DNA of 60,670 nucleotides, filler included, from Porpidia crustulata (lineage: Eukaryota), in assembly GCA_964255105.1 (NCBI GenBank). It is 6 parts of 6 records of this genome, joined end to end, with 100 filler letters (N's around TTAATTAATTAA, not from the genome) between each part and the next. Parts side by side here need not be neighbours in the genome. Positions count along the whole stretch, not along the records: positions 50,651 to 60,670 come from CAXUWE010000854.1; 5 more parts are not named here. The stretch is one strand, 5' to 3'. Of this stretch, positions 51,184 to 60,670 are shown piece by piece (the first letter of the stretch is position 1; each line of letters opens with the position of its first letter). The notes beneath the pieces are model-generated. The model was given only the letters and a program-made list of their open reading frames with translations. It searched no databases and was not told the origin of the DNA. The translations under genes were made by a program, and so were the position numbers.

Positions 51184-52948
51184 TTATCGGTTCAGCCTTG
51201 TATACGCCCTTGCCAACGCCTTTCTCTCCTTCCCGTCTGTCTCGAGGACAGCGATCAGGTCCCTTAGTTGGACCCCTTTTCCTGCTTCTCTATCTTCTCT
51301 AAATGTGCCGAGTTTCCCGCCCATGGGTAACTGACTACTAGCCCCGTTGGCCGCTGGCGGTCGTGGCAAGCCCTGCGTGTTGACCCTGGGTAGGTTCAAC
51401 GAGAACATGCCTCCGGCACCTGGACCAGTGTCCTTGGTCATCCACGATCGTTTCTTCATGCCCAAAGCCATACTCGTGGTTTTGTTGGTGGCAGCTTGCT
51501 GCTGAGCTTCGGTGGCCTTCGCCTCTGCTTGGCGTTTCTGCTCCTTTTTGTTGGAAACTTTTTTGACTTCGACTTCCGGTGCTCGTTCGCCTAGTAGGCC
51601 CATTCCAGGGGTGCCAGGTGTAGCCGTGCCAGAAGCGCCAGCCTCACTGGACATCGATCCTGCAGCTGCGCGACGTGCTCGTTTTGCCAGTCTCTCCTGC
51701 TCCGCTTTTCGATCGTTTTGAGCAGATCGAAAGAGCGCTTCAGCCACTAGATTAGGGAAAGCAATGGTAGCGGTTGGACTGTGGCTGCCATTCGAGACGG
51801 GTGTCGGAGGCTTATTCATAGCAGCATAAGAACCTATTAAACGATAAGCGTGTGAGTCCTGAAAGCCAGCCATTGTTGAGCATACGCTTCAAAGGATTGG
51901 ACTTTGGCGAAACTGCGCTGTTGCTTGGCGTCGGTAGAGTATTCACGGTTTCGAAAGTTCCCTCACCAACGGCTAGCGAAGCAAGATCCGCAGGCACAAT
52001 CCCGTGAGACCCGATTCTTCTGCCTTTTGCTAGGGCAGCTGCATCCTCAATAAACGTTCTTAATCGCTCTTCAGTAGCTAGCGATAATAGCGTCAATATC
52101 TCTGCTATAGGAGCATCGTCATGAATCAAGTCTTGGCCTGTAAGCAAAACTATACGCTCCTGCTTATCTGGCCCAGAAACAGCCACTTGGACCGGTTGAG
52201 AGTTCGCCGAGGTGAACATTTTGGACCGTGGTATAGAAACTTGCTGGGTATAGGATTGTTTTACAAGCCGTTTTTGCATTGGGCCCGCATAGAGAAAAGG
52301 GTTGTTCAAATGGTATTGCCGATGTTCTGCTTTCCGCTGCAAAGCGGCCTTTCTTTCATCTTCCGCCAAGCGTGCAACTGGCTGGTGCGGTGCTGCGGGT
52401 TGATTAAACGTGCCAGCGCCATAGAAACTCTTTTTATCGCCAGGTATATTCTGTGACAAAACGTTGGATCTATCCGGCGCCGATACATTAAAAGTAGTGG
52501 AGTCGAATGAATCCGGTAAATGAGATCCGTAATATTGGTCAGGCTGCGGTTGGTACATGGTATTATTTTGATTGAGTAAAGCGGCTTCTTCTTCTCTCAG
52601 ATCAATCCCAGAGCCCAGAAGGACATCTGATAACTCATTCATGTCTGTGGGCTTATCTGCTGTAGGCCGTGAAGGGGGCCCCATAATGCCAGCCACCGGA
52701 GGAGCGTTCATGGTGTTATAAGAATTACTGGGCTGGCCTCCGTTTGGTTGCGCACCATAATAAGGACTACTGAAGACTTGATTTGGTAAAGCGATATTCG
52801 ACATGCTTGGGGAGTTGTAGGGTGACTGTGGGTTCGGTGACAGTCGCTGTCGTTTGGTAGGTGGTAGGAAGGAGCCATGGTGAGGTGACGACGCTGACTG
52901 CATGGGCGAGAAAGGACGCGGAGGAAACTGATGCTGTGATTGCGCCAT
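51184..52948 (-). CDS. TAF4: TFIID subunit 4
   Basis: GIDLREEEAAL, histone-fold segment LLSLATEERLRTFIE, ATNKTTSMALGMKKRSWM, FREDREAGKGVQLRDLIAVLE; one intron near 51835-51885. Confidence 0.88.
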
Positions 52949-53424
52949 CTTTGAGCGCTTCCTACTAGAATGCGCGTTGGAAAAGTTGCCAGATTCCACC
53001 ACCGCGAGCAGGCCAGGCCACCACCTGCACAAACTCCACGATGCGCCCCGCCCGTAGGTCTTGTGCTATTTGCGCATCGATAGGATTTGCCTAGATATTA
53101 GGATCTGATGCTTTTATTCGTTCTTGGCTGACTCCAGAATGGCGGACGGTGTAGTTGCGTTGTGGGCGATGTAAGTGTCGAGGGAGGAGTCAAAGAGTGG
53201 AAAGAAGCTCGGAAGAGAATTGATCACGTGTCAATCGAATTGAAATCAGCCCTATTTGCCTCCGTTACCTTTCTCGCTGTGTCACGGTCTCCTTCACAAA
53301 CATTCCAAACCTTGGTGGTTCAATGAACACAATTCAACACTCCATTAAGCTCACTATCCTTTCATCAATTTCCTTGACAATGTGCTTTACGTGATGCAGT
53401 TGAGGTAGACCCAAGCAAGTTACA

Positions 53425-56400
53425 ATGGCAACAAAAAGAAAGCTGTCGGCGATTTCACCAGAAGTCGAGGAATCTGTAGATCCTGCAGATGAGTTGATGT
53501 TCTTGAACTTAGGAGGTGGAAATGAAGTCGGGAGGTCATGTCATGTTATACAGTACAAGGGGAAGACTGTCATGGTGTGTTAGCTCTCAGATTCATACCA
53601 AAATGCTCACTTGAGTCTGATAATCAACACCAGCTAGATGCCGGCATGCATCCAGCATACGATGGCCTTGCCGGGCTACCTTATTTCGACGAGTTCGATC
53701 TCAGTACGGTAGATGTAGTACTGATCAGCCAGTGAGTTGCTCAGATTCCTCTGCCAATTAGCGTTATAGGTCGAGATGGGATATTGGATACCAGGGCGTC
53801 GCTCAAGCATGCATGCTTTTGCTGTAGCAATCGCAATACATAGGCCATGGCCATCATGTCAGATCGTTTGGGCGAACAAAGTTCTTTCGAACTCGATCTA
53901 GTTGGTTGGATCGTTGGTCTTGGTCGCCCCCTCTGTATCCAGACATGAATAAAATTATATCCAGCTGCCATGCTCAACGATGCTGTCTATTTTCTGTGAA
54001 ATTACCAACTCTACAGCGTTCATGTGCTAAGGCGATACCTCATATCGTCGTCTCATTTGCCCTGATAGTCCATGAAGCTGATTTCGCTCACAAAACAGTT
54101 TCCACGTCGATCATGCTGCTTCACTGCCGTATGTACTTGCAAAGACGAATTTCCGAGGCCGGGTTTTCATGACACATCCAACAAAAGCTATATACAAGTG
54201 GCTCATACAAGACAGCGTTCGAGTGCAGTAAGTATTTTTCTTCTTTTAATGCCGCAAATGGTCTAATCTCTCCTCAGGAATACCTCCTCTTCATCCAATC
54301 AGCGTACCCAACTATACACAGAAGCCGATCACCTCTCCACATTTCCACAAATCGAGGCGATTGACTATCATACAACTCATACAATCTCGTCAATCCGAAT
54401 AACACCCTATCCTGCAGGCCATGTCTTGGGCGCCGCTATGTTTTTGATAGAGATTGCAGGTCTCAAGATATTTTTTACCGGCGACTATTCTCGTGAGGAT
54501 GACCGACATCTCGTCTCTGCAGAAGTTCCGAAAGGTGTAAAGATAGATGTCCTAATAACAGAAAGCACTTACGGTGTCTCGTCACACATTCCTCGAGCCG
54601 AGCGGGAAACAGCCTTAATGAAAAGTATAACGGGCATTCTCAACCGAGGAGGTAGAGTTCTGATGCCTGTCTTTGCTCTTGGAAGGGCGCAAGAGCTGTT
54701 ATTGATCCTCGATGAATACTGGGCTCGGCATCCTGAGTACCAGCGAATACCGATATATTACGCATCGAATCTTGCAAGAAAGTGTATGGTCGTGTATCAA
54801 ACATATGTCGGGGCAATGAACGGTAACATCAAACATCTCTTTCGCCAGCGTATGGCCGAAGCAGAACAGGCCGGGGATGTAGGCAAAGGTGGACCGTGGG
54901 ATTTTCGATATATCCGCAGTTTAAAGAACCTCGAGAGATTCGATGACGTGGGCGGGTGCGTAATGCTAGCAAGTCCTGGTATGTTACAAAATGGGGTGAG
55001 CCGAGAACTACTGGAAAGGTGGGCACCCAATGATCGGAACGGAGTGGTGATCACTGGCTATAGCGTTGAAGGGACCATGGCCAAAGAGATTCTTCATGAG
55101 CCCGAGAGCATACCTGCTATAATGGGGAATAGGAGTGCAGCTGCATTGGGAAGAACAAGGGTAAATGCCACCACAGGGGAACCAGAAAAGGCCATGATTC
55201 CCCGTAGATGTAGCGTGGCCGAGTACAGCTTTGCTGCCCACGTCGACGGTCAGGAGAATCAGGAATTTATTAAAGAGGTTGCTGCTCCTGTTGTGGTAGG
55301 GATTGCGGACAACTCTCGTCTTGGATATTCACTAATAAGCGAGTAGATCCTCGTGCATGGAGAGAAACATAATATGATGCGCTTAAAGTCAAAACTTCTA
55401 TCACTCAACGCCGATAAATCGGTGAAAACTAAAATATTCAGTCCTGCTAATACTGAAGAACTCCGCATTCCTTTCAAAACAGATAAGACGGCCAAGGTTG
55501 TCGGCAGACTGGCTCAGGTGGCTCCACCAAACACAACCGACCCGGATGACTCGCAACTCATCACGGGCGTATTAGTACAGAACGATTTTAAGATGTCGCT
55601 CATGGCAGCCGATGATCTTCGAGAGTATGCAGGGCTAACCACGACGACGATCATGTGCAAGCAGAGGATCACCTTGAGCGCTGCAGGGATTGATCTCATC
55701 AAGTGGGCATTGGAGGGGACCTTTGGCACTATTGAAGAAATTGGAGCAAAGAAGAAATCACTGACCAACGGAACGGCGGCTGTCAACGGCAATGGCGTCC
55801 ATCGTGATGGAGAAGTGGCTGAGGAGATTGTTCATTCACCTCATCCAGCAGCATACCTCGTCATGGGTTGTGTCATCGTACGATATCATAACAGCGGTGA
55901 AGTAGAAGTGGAATGGGAGGGCAACATACTCAACGACGGTATCGCGGATGCAGTCTTGGCTGTGCTCTTCACTGTGGAAAGCAGCCCTGCAGCAGTGAAG
56001 CGTAGGTGTTCCCCCGGAATTTAAATACAGTATTCACTAATCTTCCATTAGAGTCATCAAAAGGTCGGCATCACCAGCACGGCCACAAGAACCCACAAGC
56101 CAAAATCACTCCGGAAGAGCGTTGCTCGCGCCTTTGCATGTTTCTCGAAGCCCAATTCGGCTCGTCAATGACACCCATCGCCCACCCCAAGCTTATTCAA
56201 AAGCCATTGGTTGACGCCGAGGGGATCAAAGGTGAAGACCTTGAAGAGGATCTGGCGGACCTCGAAGCGGAAGAGATGGAACGACTACACGCTGCTGGTA
56301 TTCCAGTGCCTGGTATTGAGATCAGGGTGGACAAGCACGTTGCCAAGGTGTGGCTGGAGACGCTGGAGGTCGAGTGCCAGAACGGAGTTCTTAGGGATCG

Positions 56401-56464
56401 CGTGCGAGCAGTGGTGGAGAGGGCTGCGGAGACGGTGGCACCGCTTTGGTCCCTGAGGAGTTAG
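53425..56464 (+). CDS. YSH1: Pre-mRNA 3'-end endoribonuclease Ysh1/CPSF73
   Basis: [26 protein letters not shown] (HxHxDH), [46 protein letters not shown]. Confidence 0.97.
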
Positions 56465-57642
56465 GAGCATTTGTAATGTCGGTTCAAAGGCAACCCGGGA
56501 GTTCTTGGAAAGGATTTGACATTGTGGGAGTATATTATCATTTCATTGGAGGGATGGGCCTCTCTGAGCGTAGTATCATAAGTCGCAACTCCTGTGGCCT
56601 TCAGAGCCATGCAATTGGTCCTAAACGATGCAGGTCACAGGAAAAACAGCGTCAGCAGCAGAATGACGTTTGAGGCGTTGCCATCCCTACGACCGTGCGT
56701 AGTACATTATGCCTCAAACTCCCATGCCTATGTAAGACCATTAAAGAAAATAGCCAAACCTATGTGATTCGCAGAATGACCGTTTGGTAACCACCTTTCG
56801 ACCTTCTAGATCAAGTGGGAGCACGCAAACGTATCATGGAACGAAGGTATAGCTCGCTACGTGGCCACTGTGGTGTCCGGATCCTTCGGTAGACGCACTC
56901 TCTGCTCCCATTAGAAGAAGACTTGATTGGGCATGGTTTTTATCCTCCGTTTCTTCATAGGCGTTCGTCAAGCCCGCAGTATCAACATTTCGTAATCACA
57001 GCGGTGTGAGCAAACGCCGACTCCGACGTGCCGCTAGACTCGAACGGTAATAAGCGCTGCGTTGGGCCAGGCGATGACGAATAGGGTATAGTTAGCGAGA
57101 AGTGGAAGGAAGAGAGACACTGAGCGACAGAGAAAGAGAGAGATAGTAGTAGTGCAGTCAGTACAGTTAGACGTAGTACGCCGACACATACGGCCACTGA
57201 CACCCTCGATCGCCAACCTCATCCCCTCTCACTCCAGCATCGCTCTCACCACCCACGAACAATGCTTACTTCACAATCAGCATTCAATTCACCGGCCATG
57301 GCATCTCCATCATCGTTCGCCTCATAGGCATTTAGGATCCCTTCTTTCCGAACACGCTCAGCCTCTGCGGCCGACGAAGGCCTTAACAACCTGGCCCATC
57401 TTCTCCGCCCTCTGCCAAACGCGCGACCAAGATAGATACCCACCAACTCCATGATTCCGCCACAGTGTTATTGGGCCAAAGAGTGATTCTACCTTCTGGT
57501 GTGCATTCTTGTACTATCACCAGCGGATAGACGGTGGTTCATCTGGACTCTCAGATCCGTCGGCAAGCCCGTTTCAGACTGCAATTCGCCGGTCAAAGGC
57601 AAAATTCGTGGCCAACTACATCCCCCAGCACCCTGATGAGTT

Positions 57643-59879
57643 ATGTCAACGCCCTCGACCATAACGGCAACACTCCCTCCACCTCATCATAATCCTCACT
57701 ACGGCTACTCCAATCACCAAGCCTATCAAGCCAATGCGGCCCACTATAGCGCCAACGGTGCTTTAGTGAATGGCTCGTCACGCGTACCTTCTGCCTACAA
57801 CAACTACTCCTCTACGCATCAGACCAATAACAATCGACATACGACTGCCTCTTCGTCATCAAGGCCCCCTCAACAACCGAGCAACGCTCCAGCGTCGCAG
57901 ACCACACCAATGACGCAAGATTCAAGAAAAAACGAGAGGCGGCCAGATTGGCAAGAGTTCTATAAGAATGGAGTGCCCAAAGAGATCATCTACATTGACG
58001 TATCTCCTCCCCCACCAAAGCGTGTTGAAAACGAGCGAGTAAACCACACAACGCGAACTGTCATGAGGGAACCGGAGCACGCAGCGAAGAAGCGTAGGAC
58101 TGGCCAAAAGTCCCTTTACGAACCGGTACAGCACCAACAACCTTCATACTCAAATCCACGAACGACCCAAGACCACAATACCGGGTCAACTACGATCTCG
58201 ACAGACCGAACAACATCATTACAAACCACTGCACCTACATCGTTAGGCTCGCACACAAGCCACGGGAGTATAGGAGCTTATGTCGACGATGGACTGGTAG
58301 GGCAGAAGAGGAAACGTGTTACTCGCCAGCAAACCGCCGATGAGAAGAAAAGGAAAGAGATTGAGACGAATGGAGATGCCTACAGTTCCTACGTTCCGCC
58401 TCCAAAGCCTCCGATCAAGGCCAAGGAGGTTCACGTTCCTCCTATTAGAGATGTAAGGCTTTAATGTGCCATGATCGAACGAGTGCTAATGTATTTAGAC
58501 ACTAACAAATCAGCAAAAGATTGACGATGATGATGGTCATTATATTGTCACCCCAGAGACGAGCTTGGGTGATAGATGTGAGTATTGGACTACATGGAAG
58601 CGATGGTAATTGGTGTTAATGTTCTCCAGATCAAGTCTCCCGATTGTTAGGCCAAGGCACGTTCGGCAAAGTTGTAGAAGCCTACGACCGAAGATCAAGA
58701 TCAAAATGTGCCATCAAGATTATTCGATCTGTCCAAAAGTATCGAGATGCATCGAGGATAGAACTTCGAGTTCTTTCTACCTTGTCACACAACGATCGTG
58801 AGAACAGGAATAGGTGTATACACCTTCGAGATTGCTTCGATTTCCGAAATCACATCTGCATTGTCACGGATTTGCTTGGACAAAGCGTTTTTGATTTCCT
58901 AAAAGGCAACCAATTTGTGCCTTTTCCCAGCAGCCAGATACAAAGTTTTGCTCGGCAGTTGTTGACGAGTGTTGCTTGTATGTCGCTCCTGCGTCACTCT
59001 ATCTCACTGCTAATAGCTTCCCACAGTCTTGCACGATTTGAACCTGATACATACAGATCTCAAGCCCGAGAACATACTATTAGTCGGTAATTCTTATCAG
59101 ACTTTCACCTATAACCGCCAAATCCCATCATCGTCGACGACCACTCAACGGGTCGCCCGACAGCGGCGGGTTTTGCTCGACACTGAGATTCGATTGATTG
59201 ATTTCGGATCTGCTACTTTTGATGATGAGTACCACTCATCCGTCGTATCGACCAGGCACTATCGTGCTCCGGAAATCATCCTGAACCTTGGATGGAGCTA
59301 CCCTTGTGACATTTGGAGTATTGGTTGTATACTAGTAGAATTTTTCACAGGGGATGCATTGTTTCAAACGCACGACAATCTCGAACACCTCGCCATGATG
59401 GAGAGCGTGTGTGCAGGTAAGTTGGAGACGAAGCTAGTCCGGCAGGTTCAAAATAGTGGTCGAGGAAGCAACGGGAATCAAGCAGCCAAGTCAGTTTCCC
59501 CTGCACACCTCGACGTACTTTGCTCACATTATTAGGTATTTCACTCGAGGCAACAAACTTGACTACCCTAACCAAGAGACCACAAAAGCCTCGAAGAAAT
59601 ACGTCAAAGCCATGAAACACCTTCCCGTATGTCACCTACTTCAATGCATAGAGACAATTCTAACTAGTATAGGATATTATCCCCCCAACCAATTCTTTCA
59701 ACAAGCTCTTCCTTGATCTTCTCCACAAGATTTTTGTCTATGACCCCCGGGCGCGTATAACAGCAAAGACTGCCCTCAAACATCCCTGGTTTAGGGAACA
59801 CCTTACCGACGACGGCACCGAAGCCGCCCGCATAAGACGCGATAAAGAGGCTGGACGGGAGGATCCAGATTACGTATGA
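57643..59879 (+). CDS. lkh1: LAMMER dual-specificity kinase (Lkh1/Kns1/CLK)
   Basis: [41 protein letters not shown] and the signature EHLAMME; stop TGA at 59877-59879. Confidence 0.95.
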
Positions 59880-60670
59880 CCCTTAGCTTTGTACATTTAT
59901 TCAATGTCCACATAGCTTCGTCGAGGAACGGCCAGCAAATAAGCTTGCTTGAATCTTCACGCAACGGTCGAGTCGCGAAGCTGTCAGTAACGCTTTGCGC
60001 ACAGCGTCATCATGGATAACGAATCAGCATAGAAAGCGGCGCGTCACGGGGAGCTCCTCATCTAGCCCCTGTTCGGTTAGGAAATGAGCGGCGTTGGGCT
60101 TTTTTCTTCGAAGAAACAGAAACAGAAACAGAAAAAGACAAAGGACGAGACGCCAATTCCTCGTCACATTTTTCGGCGACGAGGTCTGTCTATGGAGATG
60201 AGATAGTAAATAGCAGCATATGATGTTACGGTTCATTTTTTCATCCATGTTTAGGTAACTGGAACACGGGAGAGGCGCGGCATATAGTGAGAAATTGGGG
60301 TTTTTCTAGCCGCATGAGACGGAGTGACGAGGAGGGAGAACAACACAATTGATCTTAGATTCTTCAACGCCATGTCTGTCGTCGTGCCCGTGTTCGTTGG
60401 ATGCACATTTCCGCCCTTTAAAGCCTCGCGCATGTCCGTCCGTTGTTGTATGATTCGACGATTTACTGCCGTGAGATCCGATAATCCCCCTATCCCTGCC
60501 TCTGCCTCTGCCACTGCCACTGCCCACAGTTTAAGAGATCCTATAGCGTACGATACTGACAAGGAGCAAGGTTTGGGTATCATGCTGGAGGTGGAGGTGG
60601 AATGTGTGTTGTTGGGTAAAGGGTTGGACGGTTAGATGGGAGATGGAATATGAAAGGGGCGGAGATGAAA

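Noticed and set aside
53224..53230. TCACGTG E-box in the divergent TAF4/YSH1 promoter
   Set aside because: A single 7-mer is expected by chance several times in 60 kb, and no conservation data are available.
60251..60635. Overlapping 70-110 aa ORFs at the window end
   Set aside because: They are driven by low-complexity hexamer repeats, with no recognisable domain or splice structure.

Overview
Intron-rich filamentous ascomycete (Pezizomycotina) nuclear DNA; a lichen-forming Lecanoromycete is a tentative guess only. The window is not one locus. It is six contigs of about 10.0 kb (10035, 10034, 10030, 10026, 10025, 10020 bp, in descending size) joined by identical 100-bp N44-TTAATTAATTAA-N44 linkers, so adjacency across linkers has no meaning. 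Contig 1: orphan coiled-coil gene, atrR, an alpha/beta hydrolase, RLP24. Contig 2: aquaporin, a stop-interrupted tandem F-box-like gene, a small hypothetical gene, a GH125 mannosidase. Contig 3: the edge of a secondary-metabolite cluster (SDR, three-repeat Myb factor, truncated NRPS-like adenylation gene), a RID/Masc1-type cytosine methyltransferase with four in-frame stops, and a small secreted Cys-containing protein. Contig 4: conserved hypothetical gene, a double CCHC zinc-knuckle gene with an in-frame TGA inside knuckle 1, MED10, an Ark1/Prk1-family kinase. Contig 5: partial COX4, esdC, RPB2, partial MFS transporter. Contig 6: partial SEC65, TAF4, YSH1, LAMMER kinase. The best leads are the stop-interrupted RID-like gene, three genes broken only by point nonsense codons with frame and splice sites preserved, the Myb/SDR/A-domain cluster, and an oversized AATAAA-containing intron in YSH1. 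All gene names come from motif recognition by eye, not from database searches.
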